Assembly: GCF_001194135.2 (NCBI RefSeq)
Contig: NC_068982.1
Coordinates: 79,251,637-79,308,727 of the forward strand
Direction: 5' to 3'
From: Octopus bimaculoides
Taxonomy: Eukaryota
Length of the DNA: 57,091 nucleotides
Under the pieces are notes generated by a model. It made no database searches, was not told the DNA's origin, and saw only the letters and a list, made by a program, of their open reading frames with translations. This document shows positions 11,946-25,933 of the stretch, piece after piece. Every line of letters begins with the position of its first letter. Positions within the stretch are counted from its first letter, which is position 1. A program made the translations under genes and the position numbers.

Positions 11946-12372
11946 GCTTCGTTAAAGTAATGATGGCTTTTTATGTGTGATAACACATCTAAAGCAATGA
12001 GGGCGGTGGCGGTGAGGAGAAGTGGATCGGGGGAAGGAAGATTTCACTTTATATACACATCTAAAAGACGGTCGCCTGGAGACAGATCTTAAGTAAGTCG
12101 ATAATTGCTTAGATCTTGGAGAATAATTAGTATTAAAAGTAGTAGCTTTATTATAATGTGTTTAAAAGTTGTGGAAGGCATTTTAATTAAATACTTGAAT
12201 AAGTAAAGCAGCGTTTTGGAGGGGCTGGTGGGTGGACATTGGAGTTGTGGGGTAGACAGGGAGAGAACAGGCGGGTATACATACACAAAGACTTCGGATA
12301 TACATATAGATGGGTTGACTGGAACGGGGACTTGTGTGTGTGTATGTGTGTGTGTGTGTATGTGTATACGTG

Positions 12373-12413
<41 letters not shown>

Positions 12414-12898
12414 NNNNNNNNNNNNNNNNNNNNNNNNNNNNNNNNNNNNNNNNNNNNNNNNNNNNNNNNNNNNNNNNNNNNNNNNNNNNNNNNNNNNNNN
12501 NNNNNNNNNNNNNNNNNNNNNNNNNNNNNNNNNNNNNNNNNNNNNNNNNNNNNNNNNNNNNNNNNNNNNNNNNNNNNNNNNNNNNNNNNNNNNNNNNNNN
12601 NNNNNNNNNNNNNNNNNNNNNNNNNNNNNNNNNNNNNNNNNNNNNNNNNNNNNNNNNNNNNNNNNNNNNNNNNNNNNNNNNNNNNNNNNNNNNNNNNNNN
12701 NNNNNNNNNNNNNNNNNNNNNNNNNNNNNNNNNNNNNNNNNNNNNNNNNNNNNNNNNNNNNNNNNNNNNNNNNNNNNNNNNNNNNNNNNNNNNNNNNNNN
12801 NNNNNNNNNNNNNNNNNNNNNNNNNNNNNNNNNNNNNNNNNNNNNNNNNNNNNNNNNNNNNNNNNNNNNNNNNNNNNNNNNNNNNNNNNNNNNNNNNN

Positions 12899-13024
12899 GC
12901 TTGTGTGTTTTCTCGTCTCTGTTTTGTGTGCAATGTCCTGTACCCAGATATGCACCTATACATACAGGTGGATGTCGGTATGCACATACCTGTACGTATA
13001 TATGCATATACTCATTTACTATTT

Positions 13025-13025
<1 letters not shown>
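12899..13025 (+). repeat. Interspersed repeat fragment (family C)
   Basis: GTCCTGTACCCAGATATGCA...TACAGGTGGATGTCGGTATGCACATACCTGTA; shares its core with 5703-5725 on the opposite strand. Confidence 0.5.
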
Positions 13026-13093
<68 letters not shown>

Positions 13094-13244
13094 CATATGT
13101 GTGTGTGTGTATGTGTGAGGAGACAGAGAGATTGGTTGACAGATAAAATGACTGGAATAGTGCTATTATGTAAAGAAAGACAAATCAATAAACTGACAGA
13201 CAAGAAGCCAAATAGAGACAAGCTTAGAGAAAAAGAGACACAAT

Positions 13245-13271
13245 GATATAGATAGGAAGATATATAGCGAC

Positions 13272-13329
<58 letters not shown>

Positions 13330-13400
13330 GTAGGTAGGTAGGTAGGTAGGTAGAGAGAGAGAGAGTGATAGAGAGATGGAGATAGAGAGAGAGGGTGGGA
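13245..13400. repeat. (GATA)n/(GGTA)n/(GA)n microsatellite
   Basis: Directly visible. Confidence 0.95.
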
Positions 13401-13909
13401 TAGATATAAAGATAGACAGATAAATATAAACAAAGCATTGCTGGCCACCCTGGTAGAAAAGTTGACTGGAGGATGAAATACTAGAGGTACCGAAATAGAC
13501 CGAAAGGGACAAAGGCAAAGAAACTGCCGCAAATACACACCAATTTATATGTCCGTTCTCAATCCATACACATATGCCTACAGGCACGTTTGTACTCAAA
13601 TCTTTACACATACACCCATTTAAACACGCTTGTACACAAATCTGTACTCGTACCATATAACAAATGCACAACTATAGTATCGTCTAGTACCGTACCGATT
13701 AGCGTACTCGTGGTGTTTCTTCACTTCTAGCACTCCTCAGTAGCAACCAGAAGTTGTAAGCCGCCATTTATGCCAATTTACAAGACCTAGCAAAGTTTTA
13801 ATTCGGAACCAGCTTCTGTTTCTATAATCGTAAAAGTTTTCTGATGTTAGAAATTTATTCCAGTTTGTGAATTCGATTACTTGACCAATCAAAATGAATT
13901 GTTGATTCC

Positions 13910-13962
<53 letters not shown>

Positions 13963-14199
13963 GTAATTATTAAACATTTTCTACTTTCTGATGTAGACAC
14001 ACGGCTGTTATTCTTTTATAGTCCAACTTATTCTCATAATTATCAGCAGGAAACATATTTCGGCGGCTAAACATTGACCTATTCATTTGTTTTTCCAATT
14101 GTTCACACTTTACATCCAATCACTAATATTGGTTCAATATATTCATAATATTCGTTGACCTAAGGTTAGAGACAAACTAATGTTGGTCGGAATATTCTT

Positions 14200-14400
14200 C
14201 ATATTTTCGATAAACGTTTTAGATTGGTCTCTTCTACCGTTTATCTCTGTTTCTCAATTTATATCTGATGTAATTGTAACCCCCAGATATTTGGTCTTCA
14301 GAACCTGCTGCTGCTGCAAGTTATTATCATTCAACACTAGTTTCCATTGTCCTATCGTTCTTTTTTCTTTCCAACATAACCGATGCTACTATTTTCTTGT
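14200..14400 (-). pseudogene. Small LINE reverse-transcriptase relic (KYLG region)
   Basis: Minus-strand translation WKLVLNDNNLQQQQVLKTKYLGVTITSDIN*ETEI resembles the C-terminal RT motif of non-LTR elements. Confidence 0.5.
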
Positions 14401-15439
14401 ACTGGAAATAATATTTAACAGTAGGAAGCCATCAAAAGATCTGGAGAAATGTCAGACCAAACAGAGTATGGTTCATGAAACTGGATAATATTCTTCTCGT
14501 TGCTACCCAAACCGTGCACGTATATTTTCTAACGCAGCAAAGCTCAGGAAAAACGAATTAAGTGCATTTTACTACGAACTGGAGTTCTCTGGAATTCATG
14601 AAAGTAACAGAAAGCCAACCTAATAATGAAACATGAATGATATCGCGAAAGTTGGTTACGAAATATCCAAAGATATGGTTTAGCATAAGCAGAAAGAATA
14701 GCAGAAAAGGGTTATAGAAGGAGTAGTTATCACCATGGTGGTCGTAAAAAACTGGTTTAGATAATATGACTGATAAAAGAGTATAGATCGGAATGAATCC
14801 TGAGAGCAACAGTAACGATTTCATTCTTATCAACAATGTTCCTTAGAATTACTGGAGGAGTAAACTTTAATATTGTTCCTTCTCTAGCCTTGGGGAAAGA
14901 ATGAGTGGAACTGAAGAATTTGAAAATAACATGAAGAACTATAAAACGTAGACACTGATAGTGAAATTCACCATTATGTCAAGGTAGATAGTAACATAAT
15001 ACATCCTGGTTAGCGAGAGCCAGTGAAAGAGATTAATAATGGAATTAATGTATGGTAGATTAAGAGGGGAAGAAAGACAGTGGAACAGAAAGGCGATAAC
15101 TGAGACACGAAAAACAATGATGACGAAAACAAAAGGAACTGAAATGAAAAACAACAAAAAAAAAACAAAGCAAAAACAAAGGAATAATGGAAGTGAAAGT
15201 GTTAAACAAACACGAATAGGATTATAGGAAACAATACATATATGGCAGATAAATGTAAAACAATGAAATAAGCCTGTCTAAACAATGAGTATGAGGAAAC
15301 ATATAATCAGGGATTAAATGTTATACAATAAAATATATAAGTGTACTGTTCCGGGTAATTTAAATCTATCGACGTGGTTGTAAAAGGGAAAATTTTAGAA
15401 AGATTACTTCTATTTTTATGATAAAAAAAAAAGAAATTC

Positions 15440-15550
15440 AGTTGACTGCCACATGGTTTGAGGTTCAGGACGCTGCATTATACTTTGGGCAAGTGACTTC
15501 TATTATAACCCCCGGCAGAAGGGAAATTATGTAGAAGCTCGTCGCATGTG
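15440..15550 (+). mobile_element. SINE family A 5' fragment
   Basis: CCACATGGTTTGAGGTTCAG...CTTTGGGCAAGTGACTTCTATTATAACC matches the family A head and core. Confidence 0.55.
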
Positions 15551-15709
15551 TAAACGTTTATATAAATATAGGTTTATTAACCAACAGTATGTTTCACGAC
15601 TATTGTAAACAATACGTCTATACAATATGTCTGTAGATAAAAGAGAAGGAATAGCTGAAATTTGTAGATATAGTTTAATTTTATCTTTAATATTATGAGG
15701 TTCATTTAA

Positions 15710-15927
15710 GGCGGCGAGCTGGAAGAATGCTTTGCGGCATTTCGCTCGTTTTTACGTTCTGAGTTCAAATTCCCCCGGGGTCGACTTTGACTTTCATCGA
15801 TAAAATAAGTACTAGTTGAACACTGAGTCAATGAAATAAGAACTAGTGGAACACTTGGTTCGATTTAATTGACTTAACCCCTCCCTTGAAGTTGCTGGCC
15901 TTGTGCCTAAATTTGAAACCAATATTA
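15710..15927 (+). mobile_element. tRNA-related SINE, family D
   Basis: GGCGGCGAGCTGGAAGAA head, TTCTGAGTTCAAATTCC B-box, GTCGACTTTG, TGCTGGCCTTGTGCCTAAATTTGAAACCAATATT tail. Confidence 0.85.
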
Positions 15928-16329
15928 TGGGGTTTATTAGTACTGTACTTGTGGATTGTAAAGAAGGGTACACAGTTAGTGACAGATGAGTGAAAATCAA
16001 AACTAAGTACTATTTTCTCTTTTTCTGTCCACGAACATAGAGTATAGATACCCTATTTACAATCGTCATAATAAAAAGTGCTGGATACATGATGCACTAT
16101 AAGAGCTTTCTGTACATTACACGGCCATTAGTGAGGCATTAGTAAAGTTAGGCAGACAGTTACAGCGTTTTAATGTAGTTAAAATTTTTATCGTTTCTTT
16201 TTATTTAGTTACCATTATGGTTTGAACCGGTTCACATCGTACATTTACTATTGAAACGTTTATTAAGAATGCTGTACCTTTTTTTGTGTCGCTTTCTATC
16301 TCTCTCTTTCACATATCCAAGTAATCTTT

Positions 16330-16555
16330 TCTGCTATAGGCACAAGGCCTGATATTTTGGCGGAGGTGGCCAGTGGATTAAATCGACCCCAGTACGCAGC
16401 TGATACTTAATTTATCGACTTCAAAAGGATAAAAGGCAAAGGCAAAGGCAAAGGCAAAGTCAGCCTCCGCGGAATTTGAACTCAGAACGTAGCGACGGAT
16501 GAAATACCGCTAAGCATTTCGTCCAGCGTGCTAACGGTTCTGCCAGCTCGCCGCC
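16330..16555 (-). mobile_element. SINE family D, with internal (AAAGGC)x4 slippage
   Basis: Reverse complement of the family D head ends ...CTGCCAGCTCGCCGCC at 16555. Confidence 0.9.
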
Positions 16556-16611
16556 TTATATATAATCTACATAATAAGACAAAGAAATACTTTAACACAT
16601 CTTTAATGATG

Positions 16612-16725
16612 AGTAACAATTGTTTCTGTACCAACTCTGCTTGCAATACCAGTTTAGAGAAATTCGAAGTAAAAATTTACGGAATATTTGAGGGTTTATA
16701 CATTGGAGTGCCACTTCATCAGGCT
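16612..16725 (-). ncRNA. Variant hammerhead-like motif, copy 1 (decayed)
   Basis: Minus strand: AGC-CTGATGA-A-GTGGCA...TGGTAC-A-GAAAC-AATT-GTT-ACT; homologous to 55214-55321. Confidence 0.45.
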
Positions 16726-17815
16726 TGCATCAAAGTAAAGGTGCGCCCTTACATTGTGCATCTTCCAGACATTGTTTTTGCTTACATCGGAAGAAAATAA
16801 AAAGTAAATAAAAGTATGGTTAGGGGAAGAATAATTAGGACAGAGATCATGTGGGAAGGATGAAGAGGTAGAAAAAGAAAAGGAGAAGATACACACATAC
16901 AGACACACACATGCAGTAAAACATCCACAAACTAAAGACTCCTACACAGGTATTACCCATAGCAGAACTAGATCCACTGGGAAGGAAATCACGTAAATAC
17001 CAATTTATGATATATAATGTATGGAACAAAACTACTATAAACTGAGAAAGTAAGAATTCTCTTGAACAAGTTTAACTGTTCAAGAACTAAAATCTCAAAA
17101 GAGGACAAAACACGAGAACATAAGATGCAAATGGTTCACAATCAACAACACGGAAATAATCAAGCACGTCGAACGTGTACATATCATCTTCAGCTGTCTA
17201 ACGAATATCATTATGATTTTGACACCTTAGCAGTACCATTCAATCCGTTGGTGTCGGCATATAACAAACATGCATACATATTACATGCACAACCTTTTGT
17301 CTGTTACATGTATTAAACATGAGAATATATGAAGAAATTACAAAAAAAGAAGAAAACAAAACAAACTCCAAAACAAAATAATAATATTCACCCAACCATT
17401 AATTTCTTAAGCAGATATTTTACTTAACTTTCTGAGCCTACTGAAAATCTGTTCCAGAAATCTTCCCACATATATTTTATTTATGATGTGTGTGTGTGCG
17501 TGTGTGCGCGCGTGCGCGTGTGTATGTCTGCGTGCGTGTAAGAATGTATGCGTGGATGGTTGTCCATATATGTCAGAGTGTACGTGTGTATGATTGCTGT
17601 GTACTCTGTATGTGTATAATCAGAAAAAAATCTTATATATTTAAGTAACAATAAAAGATGAAGATTAAAAAAATGAAAAAGAAAAACATAATAAAAGGAA
17701 AACGATTTATAAATTTATATTGACAAAAGAAATCGAAATAAAAATAACTACTAGACAACAGAACAGAGGGAGGTGAGACAATAGCAATTGAAGAAAAAGA
17801 CAGGTATACACGATT

Positions 17816-17859
<44 letters not shown>

Positions 17860-17869
17860 NNNNNNNNNN

Positions 17870-17913
<44 letters not shown>

Positions 17914-19089
17914 GGGGAACAAAAAGAGGAAGAAGGAGAGTGAGAAAGAGTGAAAGAGAGAGTGAAAGGGAGTTAGAGACAAAGATCTATTGTAGAACCG
18001 TAGTAGGAATGAAACATGGTATGGACGAACACAGAAAAATAATAGGGATAGAAATGTAAGTTAAAGAGGTAGGTATCCAGATAGACAGACAGACAGACAG
18101 ACATAAATACATAAATACATAGCTAGCTAGCTGAATGGACGATTAAGATAAAAAGAAAGACAAATAATTTGATAGATTAACAGATAGAAAGATAGACAGA
18201 CAGGTAGATAAATTGATAAATCGATAGATTAAGAGACAGAGAGACAAAAAGGAAATAGAACGGTATGTCGATAAATAGGGCTGGAGAATAACTAGATTTG
18301 TAGGAAGATAAACAGAAATCTATGCTTGGTTTGCGAGGTCATAATAGGTAAAACAAAAAAGTGACATCTCTCACTGGGACAAGAATAAAAATAATCAATG
18401 ACTGGTTTTGCAAGTTATGTTCATCGAATAATTATTTCCACTAAGCTTCTTGATATTCTCTGCACGTAACTATTGTTTTTCATGCAGATGGCGCATCTGA
18501 GTAACCCATTTTCAAACCAATCTGTATACATTATATTTAATTCCTCACCTTCACTACTTCGGCAAGCAAGGTGATGTTTATTTGTTGCTCATTTCACAAA
18601 AGATATCCGCAGTTGTCTCCCTCAGTTGTCGAAATAATAATTAAGATAAATTGTCATACGCACAGTGAACAACGAGAATCAAAATTATGAATAATTCTTA
18701 TTCATATTACTTTCCTGTTAATTCGAACGTGTGACTGGAGAAAACTTCCCTTTTATGACGAATATGTTCCTAACACATTCGATTCATTAGCGCACGACAT
18801 TCAGGGACAGTTAATGTCTCGGCATCGCTGAGTCTCGTCGGCCAGAATCAGCTCCGGACCAAAGAATTAAACAAGAGCTGATGCTGTCGTTTATAACTTC
18901 TGCGAACAAACTGTTCACTGATTCGCATAAATAGTAAATGACATTTTTTTTTCTCAATGCATACATTTGTAGTTAGCTTGCATCAAATGTGGTTAGAATA
19001 ATTTAAGCCGTTCGGAGGTGGAAAGTCTCTCATCTTGGATGTGAATTAACAAGCAACCTAATGGAATTTGTTTCAAACTCAGTCGATTA

Positions 19090-19177
<88 letters not shown>

Positions 19178-19180
19178 ACG
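19090..19180. repeat. (TATC)n microsatellite
   Basis: Directly visible; similar arrays at 19645-19695 (as GATA) and 38110-38265. Confidence 0.95.
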
Positions 19181-19644
19181 TCTGTCTGTCTCTATCTTCG
19201 AATCCATAGCAGTGAAAATATCTTGTGTTCTGGGCCCTATGACAAATCTCTCTTCAGTTTGATCGAAACACAGCTCACTATTTGTAAGAACGAGCCCTAC
19301 AGAGTAGAATGGCTTCAACATTCTTCAGGGTAACACACGCACCATTTTGTCTTTCGGGACTATGAAACATTTGTATCATTCATCGTAATGTATTTTTCAA
19401 TAAGCAATTATAGTCATTTGTTTCAATTTAATTTAGTCGCTGTTTTTTCATGCAGATAGCGTTACTGAATAATTAATTCTCATTATTACATAAATGGAAA
19501 TATAGTTAGTTGGATAGAGACACAGAGGCAGAAACAAGAAAATATCACATTGATACACAACCTTACAAGACACTTAGCCATTAAGTAAATAGATAAGCAG
19601 ACAGAAGGACAGACGGGCAGACAGACAGAGAAATAGATTAGTAA

Positions 19645-19693
<49 letters not shown>

Positions 19694-21546
19694 CAGATAT
19701 TTAAAAGACAGATAGATGTACAGGTAGATAGGCAGGTAAACAGTCGGGTTACTGAAGACAGACTGATAGTATAGTAAATTATGGAAGAGAAATGACATTG
19801 AAGAAAATTTTCAAGAATATTTTGGGATGTACAGAGATATGCGAGCGCACACGCACGCGTGTGTGTGTATGTACGTGAATGTGTGTGTGTGCGTGTGTGC
19901 GTGCGTGTATGGAAATGTGTGTGTGTGTGTGAACTGCGAATTATGGTGAAGGTATGTGAGATGCTCAATACATGTTGTACAGTATGTGGTGTATTGTAAC
20001 TGAACGATTACCACACGACTTGAATTCCCCACCATTGCGATATTCTCATCTGAAGACTGAAGTGACGTGAAACTCGAGCAGTAAAGTAAACATTTAATAT
20101 TTCTATGTATATCGCTAGCGCCGCAGTTTCTGCTATATCCAGCCGCTTGGTATCCATCATTGACAAAGGCCAAATTAAGCCGAAATTACGTGATCTGGTA
20201 GTTCAAACAGCGGAAGTAGCAGTGATTGTCTGCCACTGGCGAAAGCTATGATGTGTTTTTATGCACTATTTGTGTGTTCTAATGCAACATCCACTTTTAA
20301 ATGGTGAATACACACACACTAGCACATACACACACACGCATACGTGCGCACACATAGGGCGGGGTGTGGGTGTGCGCGTATGTTTGTGTGCCAGTTTCTA
20401 TTTGTACCGCTTTTAACTACTTAACTCTGGAAAGACTGAACAAACGATACATCTACAAATGGACAATTTTTCCAGCCACTTTCTGACGCTTTATAGAAAG
20501 AGAACCTATTCAATATACTATGCTCGAAAAATAAAACGAGAAGACTCCTTTAGACTGGAGTCATGACTCCGAAAAAATCCAGTGATTTTATACATCGGCG
20601 AAAGTTATTGATGACGTTCAGAACATTCTGTAAGTTTGTTCAATGGAAGGAAAGGTGCATTATAGCGTTTCAGAAAATTTCTTTCTTCAATGTAGTAATG
20701 ATGAATATTGCTGTGAAAATAGGAGCATGAAAAATTCTATAGTCTCAGCCTATACTAAGTTCTCGTCAGAATTCGTTAAAGTCTGGTAGCTGCGACGCTG
20801 AAAAGAAACAGTTCATAGATACATCGAAAATACTTCTTACGTAACTTACAAGAACCATTTATAAGAAACCCACAACACATGGCACAATACACAACATTAG
20901 TACGCTTCTTTAAGCATGTGCACACACATACATAAAACTAAACACGGAGATACACATACACACAAACGCGCACGCGCACACACACACATACAATGAAAAC
21001 TTTTTTTAAAATGCCGTACGTAATATGCAACGATTAAATTATGAAAACTACTTTCCAGGCGCCTTTTCAAATCTTTATACCGGTAACAATGAAATTACAT
21101 TGGTTTATATTCAATTATAAATCCTACTCTCCCTTTCACTTTCTTTCCTCCTAAATTTGTTTCTTTCCTTCTGCCTTTCTTCTTTCTTGAAATGTTCGTC
21201 TTCCATCTTCCATTGCATATTTTAGACTTCTTCAGTGATTTTTCTTACCATTTTTTTTTTAAAAACATTTTCCTAAGTAAATTTTCTTCTTGTTTTAACG
21301 ACTTCTTTCTATCGATCATTCATTCTTTATACGTTTTTTGAATATTTTCATTTACTTCTTCATTCTTTGTTGCATAGCTCCATTAGTATTATTATTATCA
21401 TCATCATCATTATTATTATTATTGATTTTAAAAATTCAACTAATTCTAATTTCAAATCAAATCACCAATCTTACTGTTTAATACAAAATATGTTGACTAA
21501 AGAATAAAGAAAAATATTTTAATTCAATAAATGTACATACATATTG

Positions 21547-21578
<32 letters not shown>

Positions 21579-21661
21579 TGTATGTATGTATGTATGTACG
21601 TACGTATATATATACGCATACATACATATATGTGTGCGTGTATGTAACTACGTACGCACGG

Positions 21662-21704
<43 letters not shown>

Positions 21705-21896
21705 CTCTCTCTCTCTCTATATATATATATGCATGTATGTATGCTATAATATCTAATGTATATAAGTAGGCAAATATATAAAAATCTAGATATGTAAAAT
21801 ATTTGTATGCCTTTATAAATCAGTGTACATAAATACATATGACCACATTCACAAATATGCATAGATATGGATATGTATGTATGTATAAATATGTGC

Positions 21897-21940
<44 letters not shown>

Positions 21941-22120
21941 TATTTCCAAACATACACATACGTATATACACACACACACATACACACGAGCATATACATA
22001 TGTATGTATGTATATGTATATATATATGATGTGCATGTATCTATGAATATATATATATAAGCTATACAAGTACATGTATACATGCATATANNNNNNNNNN
22101 NNNNNNNNNNNNNNNNNNNN

Positions 22121-22187
<67 letters not shown>

Positions 22188-24327
22188 ATATATGTATGTG
22201 TGTGTGAGTGCGTGTGTGTTTGTGTACATTTACAATTACATACGTAAATATACATACGCGGAATACATTCACATACACACACAAGCATGCACACATAGAC
22301 ATGAATATATGCATGTAAGCAGTACCAAATCACACATGATATTGTGTAAATAACAAATATTCATTTAGAGAGAGAGAGAGAGATAGATAAACAAACAGAA
22401 AGAGAGAGATAAAGATGAGAAGGCAAAAGAGAAAGATGTGGGGAGAGATAGGTACCCGCTTTAAAGCTTTGAGCGAGTTTCCTTCCGGAAGAGAAGAGCA
22501 ATATGTCTGTGTGTGTGTGAGAGAGAAAGGGAGTGTGTGTGTGTGTATGTGTGCGTATACATATCTATCTATTTCTGAATGTGTGTGTGCAATTATTATT
22601 TTATGCATTCTTGTATGTATGGTATATGTTGGCGTGATTGTGTGTGCATGCACAATTCTAAATGCTTGCTTGACTGAGAATAAACAGCAATATATTTATC
22701 AAAAGGTCAGAGAAATAGATTAAACAGTAAACTATTCCAAGTAGCTTCCTGTTCTCTGTGTATTGTGAAACGCGACAAAATCAAAGCCACTCATCATTTC
22801 TTTATCGTCGCCATTTTAACAGCAATATATGCAGCTAGTTTCCAAATATATTTTTCTACATGGTTTCTACAATAAGGTTTTACCGCCACATTTTGTTTTG
22901 TCTTTCCTCTCAGCGCCATTTTGTTTACATCGCTTCTCATTTTCTTATGCAGTTTTTCCTTTTATTTATGTTTTCATTATCTATTTTGTTTGTTCTTTGT
23001 TGATTTCAGTCTTGTTTATTACTTAAATCGGTTACATTCTTCGCTCGTTTCCTTTTGCAAGAATCCACCATGCACTGTTTGAACTGTATCGCAATCTGAA
23101 GAAGACTTCAGAGGTTACAATGTAAATAACAATTTTATTGTTATCGTCAAAGCAACAACAAACGAACCTCAGACTCCACCAACACCAGCACTAACAACAG
23201 TGGCAACTACAAAGATTATCGCCAATAAAACAATAGAATCTCTTTCTTTTCTTTTGCCATCTTCAGAACATTTCTTTTACACGGCTACACGCCTCTAAAC
23301 TTGACTCCATTTCTCTCTCTCCTCATTCCGTCAATTTTCTCTCTTTATCTCTATTGCCACTCTTTCAGCTATATATATATATATATATATATATNNNNNN
23401 NNNNNNNNNNNNNNNNNNNNNNNNNNNNNNNNNNNNNNNNNNNNNNNNNNNNNNNNNNNNNNNNNNNNNNNNNNNNNNNNNNNNNNNNNNNNNNNNNNNN
23501 NNNNNNNNNNNNNNNNNNNNNNNNNNNNNNNNNNNNNNNNNNNNNNNNNNNNNNNNNNNNNNNNNNNNNNNNNNNNNNNNNNNNNNNNNNNNNNNNNNNN
23601 NNNNNNNNNNNNNNNNNNNNNNNNNNNNNNNNNNNNNNNNNNNNNNNNNNNNNNNNNNNNNNNNNNNNNNNNNNNNNNNNNNNNNNNNNNNNNNNNNNNN
23701 NNNNNNNNNNNNNNNNNNNNNNNNNNNNNNNNNNNNNNNNNNNNNNNNNNNNNNNNNNNNNNNNNNNNNNNNNNNNNNNNNNNNNNNNNNNNNNNNNNNN
23801 NNNNNNNNNNNNNNNNNNNNNNNNNNNNNNNNNNNNNNNNNNNNNNNNNNNNNNNNNNNNNNNNNNNNNNNNNNNNNNNNNNNNNNNNNNNNNNNNNNNN
23901 NNNNNNNNNNNNNNNNNNNNNNNNNNNNNNNNNNNNNNTATATATATATATATATACATGCATATATATACATATAACCATATCTATCTATCATGTATGT
24001 ATTTACAGATATATACGTATACATACATACATACATACATACATACATGCACACACACATATATATACATTTACATACATTCACGTACACACATACACGC
24101 ACACACAAAAACACACAGACAAATACATATGTAGGTAACGGCATGATGAAAAAAGAGTAGGTTATGTGCATTAGGTTCTATCTGCAACAAAGACAGAACT
24201 CAAAGGAATTACAGAGAAATCGTTATTGTCAGTACGGGAATGTTAGTTTAAGCTTCACAGTAACTAACAGTTTCATTGGTGCTGAGAATTCTTAGGCTGT
24301 GAAACTTCAAGAAACTCAGGTGGGACC

Positions 24328-24371
<44 letters not shown>

Positions 24372-25183
24372 GCCAATCTATATCTCTCCCCACCTCTCAC
24401 TCTCTCACTCTCTCACTCTCTCACTCTCTCACTCTCTCTCTCCCTCGCTTTATATATNNNNNNNNNNNNNNNNNNNNNNNNNNNNNNNNNNNNNNNNNNN
24501 NNNNNNNNNNNNNNNNNNNNNNNNNNNNNNNNNNNNNNNNNNNNNNNNNNNNNNNNNATATATATAAATATATACATACATACATACATACACATACATA
24601 TATGTTTATGTATAAGCACATTTATGATAAGCTCACTCCCCCACCCGTATATGCACACATACTCACACAGAGAAATACTTATGACAATATAGCATCCTGT
24701 TATAACATGTCCCATAACTATGCGTATGTTAGCGGTCATACAGGCATTCATGCTTATATGACTGTTCATGTGCTGTTGTGCAAGCGTTTCCGCTTGATTA
24801 TATTTTTATTAGAAAATCTTACACGAAATGTTTGTCTAAGCAAAAACAACAAACAAATATGTTGTCAGTAACAATAGCTTGGTGACAATCACAATCACAC
24901 AATGATAGCGATAACAAATAAATAATACAAAAATAAAATAAATAAATAAATAGATAAATAAAAATAAATACCGCTTTGCCAATGATGGCAAGAACAATAA
25001 CAGTTTCAATATCTTTGTCAATCACTGGATATAACAAGGAAGAACTTTTAAAATTCCTGAAAATATCTTTTGTGCCCTCATTCACTTTTTTATTATCCGC
25101 AACATCTTGGCCAATGAAATGAATCGTTATATATGTTCGTATGGAGAGAAAAGAAAATGTCAATATCATTAAGTCATTTACTA

Positions 25184-25405
25184 GGACGGCGAGGTGGCAG
25201 AACCGTTATTGCGTCGGACACAATGATTAGCGGCATTTCTTCCAGCTCTTTACGTTCTGAGTTCAAATTCCGCTGCGGTTGTATTTGCATTTCATCCTCC
25301 CTGGATCAATAAAATAAGTACTATTTCAGTACGGCCGTCGATATAACGGACTTGCTGCTGTCCTTAAAATGGCTAGTCTAGTGTCAAAATTTGAAACAAT
25401 TATTA
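25184..25405 (+). mobile_element. SINE family D
   Basis: GGACGGCGAGGTGGCAGAA head, GTTCTGAGTTCAAATTCC, tail AAATTTGAAACAATTATT. Confidence 0.85.
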
Positions 25406-25409
25406 TGCT

Positions 25410-25590
25410 GGTTTCAAATTTTAGCAAGAAGACTGAGATTTTAGCGGGTAGGCGTAAGTCGATTACATCATCTGCGACCTTAAAAATGTATGAAATACAA
25501 TGTCCACCTCGATGGTATCTGAATTCAGAACATAAAAAGCCGGAAGAAATGCTGGTATTTGATTGGTAACGATTCTCTCGCTCGCCGCTT
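25410..25590 (-). mobile_element. SINE family D (diverged), tail-to-tail with the previous copy
   Basis: GGTTTCAAATTTT tail, GTCGATTACATC, GAATTCAGAAC, and GCTCGCCGC head on the minus strand. Confidence 0.7.
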
Positions 25591-25933
25591 TTAGTTTATT
25601 TATTATACCAATGTGTTTCTATACGCAATACAGGCACTGACTTCAAGAAAGTATTCATTACCCAAATATATTGGCTATTTCAAACAGTGTGTCATTTTAT
25701 ATTATGGTGAGACCAATTCTTGTAATTATTTCTGCAGATTCAAGACTGCTTAGTTTATAATTTTTGCACAACGAATATTACTGGTATTTCAATGTTTACT
25801 TCTCCTTGGAAGTTCCAGCATACGCTCAAAATATATAAAGATATTTTTCTTTTCGATTCTTCATTTGAATTATATAGTCATCGGGGTTATAGCATCTTAA
25901 ATCAATGATTTGTCGAAGTAGGACAACCTTTTT

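Noticed and set aside
20045-20100. CTGAAGA...GAAACTCGAGC hammerhead-like spacing
   Set aside because: No stem II can form between the cores, U16.1 is C, and stem I is poor.
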